This document shows, one piece after another, positions 49,698 to 63,459 of a DNA stretch of 64,000 bases. Source of the stretch: Mobula birostris. Lineage: Eukaryota. The position numbers were made by a program, and so were the translations under genes. Location of the stretch: the NCBI RefSeq assembly GCF_030028105.1, contig NC_092382.1, forward strand, positions 31,971,792-32,035,791. The letters are read 5' to 3'. Position 1 is the stretch's first letter. Each line of letters opens with the position of its first letter. The notes beneath the pieces are model-generated. The model searched no databases. It saw nothing but the letters and a program-made list of their open reading frames with translations, and had not been told where the DNA came from.

Positions 49698-50742
49698 ATG
49701 ACCTCACTGGTGAACAGAAGAGGATGGTTGCCCGGGACTTCACACATCAGAAGGACAACCATCGTGGAGGATGCAGCTTTCAAAACGTCTCTTACTTTTT
49801 ATATATAACCGTTATCCATGTTTCTGTCATATGTCTCTCGAGTGTGACATTTTCACTTCGAGATATCACTGAAGGTTGTGACTCTCTTTTTTCTATCGTA
49901 GCGGCTTAATTGTCTCGCCTCAGCGCAGACTCCTGCTTCCCCATAATAGGCACCCTCGTGCTTCCACCAACATTGGACCTCTCAGCTTTGCTCTGCGATA
50001 TGAACTCTATAATCTCATTGCCCACATCATAGGCGGTTCCGTTGCTCAAGACATGTTTCGTCAGATCGGGAACATAGCAGAGTGAGACTCTCAGCCTTCA
50101 GACTAGCATCAATTTTCTCTCGTCCTGGAGCCTGGTGCAGCAGCGGAAAGGGTCACGTGACAAAAATTCCAATGATTTCATCCTTCCCCTCCCGGGCCTT
50201 CATATTAGCAATGTATCAGTATTCGCTCACTAAATACTGTGAGATATGATGTGAGTTTCGTCTTGTCGAACGACCAGATTTTTACCTGACACCCAGCCCT
50301 ATTTCCCTCTGACACTTGTTTTGGGATCATTCCCGACCGCAATAGACACCTTGATGCCTTCTTATACATCCAGCAGTTGCCAGAAACCACACCTCCGCCT
50401 TCCGCCGCACACCGTGGTCACAGAGGCACAAGTACATTTGGACAGCGTGGGTGGTGGGGGGCGGGAGGGGTGTGTCGTTTGTGCACGAACATTCACAGCA
50501 GAAGGGATTTTCCAGGCACTGGGAAATACAGAGTTCGCGGTCGGGTTTGGAAAATAAGCAACAATATAACGTAAACAAGGAGTCTTGGAAAGAAAAATAA
50601 AACACTGTGGTGACGAATTCACAAAGAATTATCAAAGTCTGACCCAGACCATGAACACGAATAGAACATTAATACCAGGATAACGATTCTCAGGTGTCTG
50701 AAATATTTACAATATGCAACACTCGACCGATGATTGAATAAA
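49698..50742 (+). other. Gene B last exon: final Arg base, TGA 49699-49701 and 3'UTR (approximate end)
   Basis: TTTCCTCAG|ATGA is conserved in gene A; AATAAA at 50596-50601 and 50737-50742. Confidence 0.65.
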
Positions 50743-52459
50743 CACGCGGATGTCTGGTGGGATTTCAGAAGGTGCATCCTTTATTCTTGAACACGTGTCT
50801 CTTCAACTCTGTTATTGTCCATGCATTATCAGCGGCTGGTGCGTGGATGCGTCAGGTGCGCTCAGGCAAAATGCTCAGAGTTGGAATCACTATCCCTCTG
50901 CGCCACCATAGAGGCTATCTGACCAACTGACTATATCCTGGATTATATGTTTTGTATCAGAAAGTCTTTGAATGCCTATTCCACTCAGGTGCGGCACCAG
51001 AGCGCAGCTGGTCGCGGGTCGCTGGGGCAGCAGGTTCATTGGCCATTGTCAGATCATATTAAATAGAAACTTCAGATGACCCTTTCCCGCCCTCACCCTG
51101 ACTAAAACATCTCTCAAGAATCCTGTGGCTGATTATCCAGAAGCGTTGATGTAACGTTCTAACTCGTCCCCCCAGTGTCCAGAGTTTTTTCAAACAATCT
51201 GTCCTATGTATATTTAGAATTTCAAGTTCTCTATCTCTTGGTCGGGAATTAAAATAAACAAGATTCATAACAGACATTGTAAAGAACTTATTCCTTCTTT
51301 CCGACGGACTCCCTGTACTGAGTGCCGTGAACCCTGTCTGCAGTGAAATCAGGATCTGTACATCCGCGTTCTTGTCTAAACAAGTCCCCGCAAGTTCCCA
51401 CGTGGTTCACTGTGGTGACGTCACCACTGGCAAATCCTCACTGCAGCTGACAAATGCTCCTTTGTAAATTAATCACAAAAACACGTTTTTACGAGTTTCA
51501 ATTTACTTAGTCACTTAATTTAATCTGGAAAGTGTATCAGACAAACCGCTGAAGGAACGCACTTATATTTCAAAGATGAACTCAGGTCGGCTAATCGCCA
51601 GAAAGAGCCCGACCCCCGGCTTCAGGAGATCTCGGCCGTTCTGACTGCAACCTCAGACTTAACGTTGGTGGACGTCATGATTAGACGGACCCGACTGCAC
51701 TTTGTGATAACTGATAACGTATCTGCTATATTATCCCATCTGCGATGGGAATTGCTTTGTGCCTGTGGGGAAGTCGGAACTTTGTGGGAGAACAGGCTCG
51801 GAGAGAAAGCAGAGGCTGAAGGAAGTTGACAAATGTTTAAAAGCACGACTCTTGGATCTGAACTTATGCAATAGAAAGTTTTACCAGCTTTCCAGCAGTA
51901 ACCCCTATTCCACCCTGCGAGAACTGCTGATCGATTCTCCCGATTTCTGGGCACTCAAAGCTCATCCAGTGTCCGTTTCTTCTGTGTGTCTGTGTGTCTA
52001 CCAGAAAGCCAGCGGACCTTCCATACATATCCAAACATGCTGGACATCAGCTGTCCATGATACAGCTCCGCCCCTCTATCACCATTGCGACTCACGAGCT
52101 GCTCGGTGCCTCTCTGTCTCGGAATCAGCGGCACACTCCTCTCTCTCTTTTTAAAGTCACAGTCCATAATGAATAAACTTTAGGATTTCGTGACATTGCT
52201 GTGTGCAGGAGGTTCCAGGTAGCTCAGGAGCAGACTGCAGGTAGAGCTCACCTGTTTTGCTTTGAGATTTACAGCAAAGAAACAGGGTCTTCAGCCATTG
52301 AGCACATGGAGAAAAAATGTCATCTGCCTGCTCCCAATGACCTGCGCCTGCCAGATTCCCTACCGTTCAGGACCACATCCGAAACTACGCTTCAGCGTCG
52401 AAACCGAACTTGCATGGACCGCTTGTGCTGTCAGCGCCCCCTAGGGGGAACTGAATGAG

Positions 52460-53230
52460 AATCAGGTTTAATATCACCGGCATATATCGTGAAATTTGTT
52501 ATCTTAGCGGACACAGTACAACGCAATGCATGAAGATAGAGAAAATGAATAAATCAGGAAATTCATTACCCTAATGAAATGTGTTTAAATTAAATAGTAA
52601 GATTAAAATAGCCCAAAATAGAAATAGTATGACATGGGTTCCATGTCCATTTATAATCGGACGGCAGAGGGGAAAAGCTGTTTCTGAATCCCTAAGCGTT
52701 ATTCTTCAGGCTTCTGTACCTCCTTCCCGATCGGTAATGACATTGAGAGGAGGGGATGTCCTGGGTGGCGGGGTTCCTTTGTGATAGACGCCGCCTTTCT
52801 GCGGCCCCTCTCCTTGAAGGTGTCTTGAATACAAAGGAGGCCACTATCCATGGTGATTTCAGAACTTTCTGCAGCTACTTGCAATCCTACGGAGTTCCCA
52901 ACATTCCCCTGCAACCCCGGCCATAGCACCGCAGCCAGTCCGAATGCTCTCCACTGTACATCTGTAGACGTTGTCGGGTGTTTCAGTTGACAAACCAAAT
53001 ATCCTCAAACCCCTAAAGAAATTGTGCCGCCAGCAATGTGTTCGCACCACGTCATATCCTCAGACATCTTGAAGCACAGGAATTTAAAACTGCTCACTTT
53101 CTCCACTTCTGATCCCTCTGTGAGAATTGGCTCGTGTTCCCGCATCCGACTCTCTCTGAAGTCCACAGTCAGCTTTTTGGTCTTCCTGACACTCAGTGCA
53201 AGGCTGCTGCAGCGACATCACTCAACCAGC
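52460..53230 (-). mobile_element. Degenerate Rex1/Babar-type LINE fragment
   Basis: RKAASITKEPRHPGH motif; YRCTVESI remnant. Confidence 0.6.
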
Positions 53231-53242
53231 AGGTGTCGCGGC

Positions 53243-53460
53243 AGCAACACCTCCCTGTGTTTTCCTGCATTCATTTTACCCTCTAACTTCACAAGCCTTC
53301 CAGGGCCTTCTGTAGTGAAGCGTCCCCACAGCACGATGCATCACCCCCATGCTTCACGGTAGGGAGAGAGGGTTTTTGATGATGTGCGGTGTTTCGCTCA
53401 CGGCAAACACAGCATTTAGTCTGGTGGCCAAAAAGCCCCGTTGTTGTTTCATCAAGAATT
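53243..53460 (-). mobile_element. Possible Tc1-like transposase fragment
   Basis: Reverse strand reads PTVKHGGDASCCG, resembling the Tc1 PTVKHGGG-S-M-WG motif. Confidence 0.5.
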
Positions 53461-54284
53461 TATTCATTTCATGTATGATCCTGCATCGCTCTGATTCGGA
53501 GGTTGAAGGTATCTTGAACAAGGCAAAGAGTTCAACGTGAGTGTTCATGAAGTTAAAATGCAGTAGTGAATGTGTTTGTACTCACGGGGTATTGCCTAGC
53601 CTTGGAATTCCCTATCATTGACAGCTCTAAGGGTGGTGGTGATTGTGGGGGTGTAGTTGGTGCCGGTAAATTGCGGTTGTCACTGAAAAGGCCGTGTTTA
53701 GAGATAAAACTTGCCAGTTATCGGACTTTCTGGAGTTGATCTCTTACGGACCGGCAGCATGGATGAGATACCAAGATCAGATTGGACGTGATCTTCACGC
53801 TGGGTTGAGCGGAAGGAAAGGGCTGGACAGTCTATTCCTTGCTCTCATTTTTATCGACTTCAAAATGAAGCGGGGATCTGAACTTTCAGCAGTGACCTTG
53901 TCAATCTCTCTTAGCCTTTTTTTCATAACGGTTGCTTAAGGAATCGCGAAATCGACACATTTTCATCCGGCGGCGTGAGATCTCAACGCATTTTGACCGA
54001 ACCTGAAAGTAATGTGCGCTGGATTTGATGTGTAATTTCGTTCAGACCCTCCGATACTCCAACAGTGTTTCGTACCTTCGATCTCCAAAGTCTTTGTTAC
54101 ACATATCACCTTGATATTTGTCTTCAGAGCAAGGTTTAGTTCAAAGTTCAAAGGTGAAAATTTCAATTTTAATGTCAGAGGAATAGTGAGGTTGAGTTCA
54201 CGGGTCCGTGGACTGCTCAGAAACCTGATTGAGAAGCTGCAGGTGAATCGTTGAGACTGGGTCTCCAGTGTCATGTTCCTCCTT

Positions 54285-54420
54285 CTGGCTGTTAGTAATG
54301 AGACAAGAGCATATCCCGGTTGTTAGTAATGAGACAAAGCCGTATCCCGGTTAGTAATAAGGAGACGGGAGGATCTCCCGGATGGTAGTCATGAAAACGC
54401 AGCATATCCCGGATGGTCGT
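54285..54420 (-). repeat. Short copy of the same 31-bp minisatellite
   Basis: TAGTAATGAGACAAGAGCATATCCCGG units. Confidence 0.7.
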
Positions 54421-55003
54421 CAATTATGGTGAGGCTTGGATGTGATTGTGTGTGCAACACTCTGCAATCTTTGTCGATCCTGTACATTGGAGCCTGAAGA
54501 CCAGAATGCTCTCCACCTTGCATGTAAATATATATATTTCCCAGTCTCTGGTGACACACTGATATCCAATCTCTTCAGATAACTCATAGAATCCAGCCGC
54601 TGACGTGCCTTTCTTCGTGAATGTATAAATATGTGAGGCCAAGCAGGGATTCTCTAGAAAGGAGTAAAAGCTGCTCATGTCGGCGGCTGAGAGACACTCT
54701 CTTTGAGATCATTGTCGGATTCAACACAACAGCAAATAGTTGCAGAACAGCACACAAGATCTGATCCAGATTTGAGCAAAGCACGGATTCTCTGATCGGG
54801 ATCTGATCCAATCATGACAGAAGAGTATCGCAGACTGAACAGCCTTCTGCTTCTACAGCGTTTAAAGTTCATTCATTCTCTTCCTTCTCACTTTCCCATC
54901 CAATCAGCTCCGGCTTTTCGGATATCGGATTTTCCGGAGCTGGGAATACGTCTCAGTCTCCGAATGTAACAGAGACAGGCGCTGGTCTCCCGGGATCGCG
55001 TGG

Positions 55004-55046
55004 ATGACGTTCACTTTACTCTCTCTCTTTCCCTTCATGTCGGTGG
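55004..55046 (+). CDS. Possible alternative upstream leader exon of gene C (MTFTLLSLFPFMSVG)
   Basis: ATG, hydrophobic peptide and phase-1 GTGAG donor inside the duplicated promoter unit. Confidence 0.3.
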
Positions 55047-55156
55047 GTGAGAGAAACTCCCTGTGAGATCATTATCGGATTCAACACAGCAGCAGATATT
55101 TGCAGAACAGCACACAAGGTTTGATTCAGATCTGAGCAGAGTACAGATTCTCTGAT

Positions 55157-55217
55157 CCAATCAGCGCTGCCGCTTGTGACGTCAGAATCCAATTATCTGC
55201 CCCGCAAACCCGGAAGT
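55157..55217 (+). promoter_or_regulatory. Gene C proximal promoter: CCAAT, CRE, ETS
   Basis: CCAAT 55157-55161, TGACGTCA 55177-55184, CCGGAAGT 55210-55217. Confidence 0.6.
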
Positions 55218-55266
55218 GCGGCTCAGTCTCCGAGTGTAACAGAGATCGGCGCTGCTCTCTGTCGGG

Positions 55267-55318
55267 ATGTCGGGACTGCCCTTCGCAGCGCTCGTTCTCT
55301 GTCTCTGCATAACGGCGG
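55267..55318 (+). CDS. CEACAM-like gene C, exon 1 (signal peptide)
   Basis: Same as gene B exon 1. Confidence 0.85.
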
Positions 55319-55482
55319 GTGAGGATAACTCTCAGAAACTGTTAGTAGTCGGATAATAAAGAGTGGCGGGTCGTTGGAGGAACGAAGGACAGGTCACAGG
55401 GGACGATCTTAGTGAGCTAAGTACAGTTCTCCAGTCTATCCGCGTCTGTCGCTTTCCCCTCATTCCATTTTCTCTTTCTCAG

Positions 55483-55800
55483 GTGAGTCTCAGCAGCTTA
55501 CCATTGTCGTTGAGCACAGACAGATAAATGTCACCGTCGGGGGTGATGCGCTCTTTTCGGTGCGGACGTCGGGCAATGTCAGCAGTGGAAACTGGGTTTT
55601 TAAAGGGAAAACAATCGCCCAGTGGATCGGCCAAACAGTGTCTGTTGACAATGTCTACTCATCGCGGGCTGCGGTATTCACCTCTAACGGGTCTCTTCTG
55701 CTGAAGACGGTAAGCGCGCTGGACAGTGGGGAATACCGTGTGAATATGGTTCCAATTACTGGCTCCATGACCTCAGCCACCGTCACTCTGAATGTTATTG
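55483..55800 (+). CDS. CEACAM-like gene C, IgV (N) domain exon
   Basis: 318-nt phase 1-1 exon GESQQLTIVVEHRQINVTVGGDALFSVR...NGSLLLKTVSALDSGEYRV...LNVI. Confidence 0.9.
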
Positions 55801-56059
55801 GTAAGTGAGACACAATCGTGAGATCTCGGATTATAACTTTCATTCTAATCCTGATATGATAGAATACAATGTAACCCTTACTGTTCGCTGCTGGATGGCG
55901 GACCATTCCGAATGAAAACTAAACCGAGCAAACAAAACTTAGTTTGAAGTTCTTCTCGGAAAGGCATCGGCGATGATCGGTGTCTGTGACTGCAAACCCT
56001 GGCCTATCGTGAACACTGCCAGTTCCACTTTTCGGACGGCTCAACTTTCAGTCATAATC

Positions 56060-57100
56060 AGTAAAGCTGTAGATTCGTAACTATCACAGGATCAATGAAC
56101 AATCCACGAGAGTGGACCAGACACTATCCTGTGAAAATACTAATATAAATAAATAGTAATAAATAATGAGCACATGAAATGGCGAAATGAAATGTCCGCA
56201 CAGTGAGATCATTGGTTGTGGGAACATATCACCGGATGGGTAAGTGAGTGTGGTTACCCGCTTTCTTTCAGAGCCTGATGCCTGAAGAGTTGTAACTGTT
56301 CTTGAACCGAGTGGTGAGAATCCTGAGGTTCTTGACCGTTCTACCTGATGCCGTATCTCGAGAAGACCTAAGTGGTGAGGATATTTGATGACGGATGCTC
56401 TTTTCCTGCGACGGAGCTTCATGCAGATGCGCTCAATGGTTGGGAGGGATTTACCCGTGACGGACTGGGCCGTGTCCTCTAATTTTTTGTAGGCTTTTCC
56501 ATTCAAAGGCATTGATTTTCCTCATACCAGACCGTGAGGCAGCAGGTCAATACACTCACCATTACACATCGATAGAAGTTGTCAGAGTTTTAGACATCAT
56601 GACGAATCTCCTCAGTCTCCTAAGGAAGTAGAGGAGCTGTCGTGTAATCTTCGCAATTACACTTGTGTGCTGGGTCCAAGACCAGCATGTCCTGCAAACA
56701 GTTAGAATGCTCCCCCCGGTACATCTGTGGAAATTTGCATGTTTCTTTAGCGACATATCAGGTCGCTCAAACCCCTGACCAAGTATAACCGTTGCCCTGC
56801 CTTCATTGCAATTGCGTCAATATGTTGGGTTTGGGATCGATCCTCAGAGAGGTTGACAGCCAGCATCATGAAACTGCCCACCCTTTCCACTTCCGTTCCC
56901 TCGGTGAGGACTGGTGTGTGGGCGCCCTCAACCAACCCTTATTGACGTCCAAATCACTTCCTTAGCCTCAGCGAAGCTGAGTAAAAGGTAGTTGTTGCGG
57001 TATTACTCTCCCGTATGCCTCCTCGCTAACATCTAAAATTCTCTCAACAAGTATTGTGTCTCTGGCAATTTTATGGGTGTGATATGATCTCTGCCTAGTC
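56060..57100 (-). mobile_element. Degenerate Rex1/Babar-type LINE (paralog of 17150-18245)
   Basis: ORFs 56084-56935 match ORF 17422-17673 and its flanks. Confidence 0.65.
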
Positions 57101-57102
57101 AT

Positions 57103-59585
57103 CTGTGTATCGGAAGGATAGGAAGGTAGGCAGAGGGGGAGGCGTGGCTTTATTGGTAAGAAATGATATTAAATCATTAGAAAGAGATGACATAGGATCG
57201 GAAGGTGCAGAATCTTTATGAGTTGAGCTAAGAAATCGCAGGGGTAAAAGGACCCTGATGGCAGTTCTTTATAGGCCTCCAAACAGCTGCAGTGATGTGG
57301 ACTACAAATTACAACAGGAAATAGAAAAGGCTTGTCAGAAGGGCAGTGTTATGATAATTGTGGGAGATTTTAACATGCGAGTGGATTGGGAAAATCAGGT
57401 CGGCACTGGATCTCGAGGGAGAGAATTTGTAGAATGTCTGCCAGATGGCTTTTTAGAACAGCTTGCTGTTGAGCCCACTAGAGGATCGGCTGTACTGGAT
57501 TGGGTATTGTGTAATGAACCGGAGGCGATCAGAGAGATTGAGGTGAAGGAACCCTTAGGAGTCAGTGATCATAACATGATTGAGTTCACTGTGAAATTAG
57601 GAAAAGAGAAACCGAAATCTGACGTGTCGGTATTTCAGTGCAGTAAAGGAAATTACAGTGGCATGACAGAGGAACTGCCCAAAGTTGTCTGGAAAGGAAC
57701 ACTGGTGGGAAAGACCGCAGAGCAGCAGTGGCTGGAGCTTATGGGAGAAGTGAGGAAATTGCAAGACAGGTATATTCCAAAAAAGAAGAAAATTTCGAAT
57801 GGAAAAAGGATGCAACCGTGGTTGACAAGAGAAGTCAAAGCCAAAGTTAAAGCAAAGGAGAGGGCATACAAGGAAGCAAAAATTAGTGGGAAGACAGGAT
57901 TGGGAAGTTTTTAAAAGGTTACAAAAGGAAACTAAGAAGGTCATTAAGAGGGAAAAGGTTAACTGTGAAAGGAAGCTAGCAAACAATATCAAAGAGGATA
58001 CTAAAGGCATTTTCAAGTATATAAAGAGTAAAAGACAGGTGAGAGTAGATATAGGACCGATAGAAAATGATGCTGGAGAAATTGTAATGAGGGATAAGGA
58101 GATGGCAGAGGATCTGAACAAGTATTGTGCATCAGTCTTCACTCAGGAAGACATCAGCAGTACACCGGACACACAGGGGTGGCAGGGAAGAGAAGTGTGC
58201 GCAGTCAGAATTACGACAGAGAAAGTACTCAGGAAGCTGAATAGTCTAAAGGTAGATAAATCTCCCGGACCAGATGGAATGCACCCGCGTGCTCTGAAAG
58301 AAGTAGCTGTGGAGATTGCGGAGGCATTAGCGGTGATCTTTCAAAAGTCGATAGATTCTGGCATGGTTCCGGAGGACTGGAAGATCGAAAACTGTCACTC
58401 CGCTATTTAAGAAGGGGACAGGGAAGCAAACAGGAAATTATAGACCTGTTAGGTTGACATCGGTGGTTGGGAAGTTGTTGGAGTCGATTGTCAAGGATGA
58501 GGTTACAGAGTACCTGGAGGCATATGACAAGATAGGCAGAACTCAGCATGGATTCCTTAAAGGAAAATTCTGCCTGACAAACCTATTACAATGTTTGAGG
58601 GAATTACCAGTAGGCTAGACAAGCGAGATGCAGTGGATGTTGTATATTTGGATTTTCGGAAGGCCTTTGACAAGGTGCCACATATGAGTCTACTTAACAA
58701 GATAACAACCCATGGAATTACGGGAAAGTTACATACGTGGATAGAGCGTTGGCTGATTGGCAGGAATCAGAGAGTGGGAATACAGGGGTCCTATTCTGGT
58801 TGGCTGCCGGTTACCAGTGGTGTTCACAGGGGTCCGTGTTGGGGCCGCTTCTTTTTACATTGTACATCAACGATCTGGATTATGGAATAGATGAGGCTTT
58901 ATGGCTAAGTTCGCTGATGATATGAAGATAGGTGGAGGGGCCGGTAGTGCTGAGGAAATAGAGAGTCTGCAGAGAGATTTGGATAGATTGGAGGAATGGG
59001 CAATGAAGTGGCAAATGAAATACAATGTTGGAAATTGCATGGTTATGCACTTTGGCAGAAGAAATAAGTGGGCAGACTATTAGTTAAATGGAGAGAGAAT
59101 TCAAAGTTCTGAGATGCAACGGGACTTGGGAATCCTCGTACAGGATACCTTGAAGGTGAACCTCCAGGTTGATTCGGTAGTGAAGAAGGCGAATGTAATG
59201 TTGGCATTCATTTCTAGAGGAATGGAGTATAGGAGCAGGGATGTGATGTTGAGGCTCTATAAGACGCTGGCGATTCCTCACTTGGAGTACTGTGGGCAGT
59301 TTTTGTCTCCTTATATAAGAAAAGATGTGCTGACGTTGGAGAGGCTACCGAGAAGATTCACTAGAATGATTCCGGGAATGAATGGGTTAACCTATGAGGA
59401 ACGTTTGTCCGCTCTTGGACTGTATTGCTTGGAGTTTAGAAGAATGAGGGGAGACCTCATAGAAACATTTCGAATGTTGAAATGCATCGACAGAGTGGAT
59501 GTGGCAAATGGTTTCCCATGATGGGGGAGTCTAGTACGAGAAGGCATGACTTAAGGATTTAAGGCCTCCCATTCGGAACAAAAAT
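57103..59585 (+). mobile_element. CR1 ORF2 fragment in gene C intron 2
   Basis: Endonuclease and RT ORFs 57258-59521; same subfamily as 22269-24916. Confidence 0.92.
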
Positions 59586-60927
59586 GCTGGACTCGGTTTC
59601 GTGGGAAAGCGATTATAATTGTGAACGGTAGCACTGTGATATTCTCATTAGACCAAAACCCACTCACTGGAGATTGAACGAGAAAAAGTTCAATATTCGA
59701 GTCTATCTCGGAAGCTGGGGGATACAAATTGAAATGTGATCTTTCAAATTAAAATGCGAGTCGACGAGAGTACTCGTGATTATAGGATTGAAAAACGATT
59801 GCAGGAACGATTCCGGTGGATGTTACCGAATCTGGGGTCTTGTGTGTGGGGAGAGAGGATCGATAAGACATTTCTCTTTTGAAGTACATAAGACCTATTG
59901 GTGATCGTGAAGAGTTACACAAAACCATGAGGTCGGTACAACTACAGGGCCTTTATGGTGAAAAGAGACTCATCTCAAAGCGACGAGATGACTAAAGATT
60001 TCACGAGGAACCTGATGCTAATTAGAAAGAGCAGTCGGAGGAGTTGGTAGATGCGGACGCAGTCAGTGTTTGAGATGGAGATCGCCAAATACGAAAATCG
60101 GACAAGCTAGAATAAAAATGACATATGCCAGGTAATTTCAACTAGCTCAGCTAGAATATTTGGTGGCGTAAGTCAGTCTGGGCAACGGGCGTGCTTCAGG
60201 CTTGTGTGACTCTTACAGATACATTCTGAACATGTAATTTTCTCGGAAGCTTAGAACACATTGTCCAGAAATGTGCATCTGTTTTGCGATGAATTTCAAC
60301 AGGCGGTTCAGAAGATACTTCCCGCAGTTTCGTGTAGGTTTGACTTCGTGTTCACAGGAGGTGGCGGAAGTCTGGAACGTTGATTAGAGGCGTGCTTATC
60401 TGGCCATGAGTTCAAAACTCTAATTACTGACAACTCCAACGGCAGTTGCCGATCACAAGAGGTGTGTGTGCGGGGCCCTTGCTGTTCCAATGTATTTCCG
60501 TGCTTCCCGTTGGAAACTCTGCAAGCAGAAAGAAGATTGTGATTAAAAGACAGGACAGAATTTGAAAGGCGTTGGCCAATTTCCTGAACTGTTAAATTAA
60601 CTAAAAAATGGAGAAGATATGAAATTAAGCGGCAGATTCCCAATTGCAGAATTAGCGGTCACAGTTGTCGGCACATGAATAGAAATCAAGCTTTGGGATG
60701 CAGGACCCTCTGTGATATTTTAATACGGCTCAATCCAATTGATTGAGAACTTCTTCATGTGTCCAAACATACCAATATGTTCTTCACACAAACAAACCAA
60801 CTAATTATCACGTAATCTGTCAATTTTTAACTGACAGCAAAATAATTAAATTTGTGATTAACCGCGTTGCACTACAGATTTTGCTGACCACTGAGGTTCA
60901 GCAGACCTTACACCTGATTATCGCTTC

Positions 60928-60986
60928 ATCTATCCGCCTATCTATCTATCTGTCTATCTATCCATCCATCTATCTATCTATCTATC
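60928..60986 (+). repeat. (TATC)n microsatellite
   Basis: Direct observation. Confidence 0.9.
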
Positions 60987-61895
60987 AGGTGGCCAGGCGG
61001 ATTCAGAATTGACTTGCCTGCAGAAGACAGAGGGTCGTGGTGGAGGGAGTACATTCAGACTTGAGGACTGTGACGAGTGGTGTCCCACAAAGATCTGTTC
61101 TGGGACCTCTACTTTTCGAGACGTGGATGTGGGGGTGGAAGTGTGGGTTGGCAAGTTTGCAGATGACGCAAAGGTTGGTGGTGTTGTAGGTAGTGTAGAG
61201 GATTGTCGAAGACTAGGGAGAGAAATTGATAGGATGCAGAAGTGGGCAGAGAAGTGGCAGATGGACTTCAACCCAGAGAAGTGTGAGGTGGTACACTTTG
61301 GAAGGACAAACTCCGAGGCAGACTACAAAGTAAATGGCAGGATACTTGGTAGCGTGGAGGAGGAGAGGTTAGATTTTAAGAGTCGCGATGTAATGATGCA
61401 GCTCTGTAAAACTCTGGTTAGGCCACACTTGGAGTACTGTGTCCAGTTCTGGTCGCCTCACTATAGGAAGGATGTGGAAGCATTGGAAAGGGTACACAGA
61501 AGATTTACCAGGATGCTGCCTGGTTTAGAGAGTATGCATTATGATCAGAGATTAAGGGACCTAGGGCTTTACTCTTTGGAGGGAAGAAGGATGAGAGGGA
61601 AAATGGTAGAGGTGTACAAGATAATAAGAGGAATAGATAGAGTGGATAGCCAGCGCACCTTCCCCAGGGCACAAAAGCTCAATACAAGAGGACATGGCTT
61701 TAAGGTAAGGGGTCGGAAATTCAGGGGGATATTAGAGGAAGGTTTTTTCACTCTGAGGGTGGTTGGTGCGCGGAATGCACTGTCTGAGTCGGTGCTGGAG
61801 TCGGATACTCTAGTTAAATTTAAAAGACTGCTTGACAGGTAAGTGGAGAAATTTAAAGTGGTGTGTTATCTGAGAGTAAAAGTATGAAGGTCGGC
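60987..61895 (+). mobile_element. CR1 3' fragment with internal deletions
   Basis: ORF 61009-61842; same subfamily as 3083-5615. Confidence 0.88.
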
Positions 61896-63132
61896 ACTCA
61901 CTGGCAGACAGGCCAAATTAGCTCACCTTTTGGCTTTTGACAATCGGCCACTACTTTATCCATGATAAATCTTTCCTGCAATACAATTGACTGGCAACAA
62001 GTAGAGCAGCCTAATGTATGGCACCTTGACATGGCGTTCTGCAAATTAAAGAAAATCGACCGATTCTCCTTTCCATATCTTACCTGTTATTTCTTCAAAT
62101 AATTCCAACAGGTTTGTCAGGCAAGACTTCCCCCTGACTGCAGATTATTTTATCATGTGCCTCCAAGTACCTTGATACCTCATCTTTAATAATTGACACC
62201 TTTCCAAACAGTTCTGGCCAACACCCCTCTCATGGGTCTGTAATTCAATTTACCCCATTGTAAGACTGATACATATGACTTCAGCTTCGAATTCACAAAC
62301 TTCAGGGTGAATTCGATCATATTTTAAACACTTTACTAAAGTTACTTGTTTTCGTTTCCCTTAACATCTCTAATCAATTCTGGATCCGAATACATGATTC
62401 TGTACCGGGCTCAATCGCGAGCTGCCCTGAAACACCAGATCGCCCTGCTGGGATCCAGCACCAACCTGATTGTCCCAATCTATCTTCATTTTGAAATCCA
62501 CTATGACTTATTGAAACATTCCCCCTTTGACATGAATTTTGTATCACACGTCTTAATTTTAGGCGAAATCATCATTCTGTTTGGCGGTCTCTGTGCAACT
62601 CCCATCAGGGACTTTTTTTTACCCTTGCTGTTCCGCAGGTCTCTGTACATCGGTTTAATACATTCCGACCCACTTTCACCCCTTTCTAATAATTTGACGT
62701 CATTTTTTACCAACAGAACAAAGCCGATCGCTTGTCTTCACGCCTGTCCTTTCGATACAATATGTATCCTTGGACATCAAGCTCCCGGCAATAATCTTTC
62801 CGCCGTGATTCAGTGTTCCTTACAATATTATATGACTAATGTTGTGAGTCTAATAAGATTTGTAAAAACAGAGTATAGGGGGAGTCCAGCTTATTCCCAT
62901 TTGTTCCAGAGGACAGTTAAACTCTCGCCAAGTTACTTAGTCCCCCTAAGTAACAGCAGTAAAACTTCAAACTCTGCTGGAGTTTCATTCGGTCTGCGAT
63001 CTGACCAGATATCGAAACACATGGCGATAAGAGATGGGAATGGCGACGATATTGAGTTGGCGACACACAAATATCCTGAACGTGCAGATAAAACCAATCG
63101 TAAAACCATTTTTATTCTCATTGTATTTACAG

Positions 63133-63384
63133 AGCCAGTGACCGGAGTTATTGTGGTGACCAATCATACCATCGCACTGAGTTGTGACGCGTCGGGCCCT
63201 GTTCAGACACGGACATGGTTCAAGGATAACCAACCCATCCAGGAAAACGACAGAATATTTACATCTCCCGACAAGACGAAATTGACTATAATCAGTGTTA
63301 ACAGAAAGGACGCAGGGACGTACAAATGCATCGCCAGCAACCCATTCAGCAGTGGAGCTGGAGAGACCTACGTGCAAGTTTGCT
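63133..63384 (+). CDS. CEACAM-like gene C, IgC2 A-type exon with an in-frame 24-nt deletion
   Basis: 252 nt, phase 1-1; lacks DSTPLENL relative to gene B; core Cys, Trp and DAGTYKC retained. Confidence 0.8.
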
Positions 63385-63459
63385 GTAAGTACACAGTTAG
63401 TCAACCGCGTTCATTTGTATCGGATGTTACGATACTCGACGGGCGATCTCATTTTATAG

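Noticed and set aside
33896-49701. Assigning a specific symbol (CEACAM1/3/5 or HEPACAM)
   Set aside because: The family resemblance is clear but orthology cannot be set without a phylogeny
51059-51954. Possible further Ig-exon relic on - (LEILNIHRTD)
   Set aside because: Only one short motif; no consistent Cys/Trp pattern or splice phase could be established
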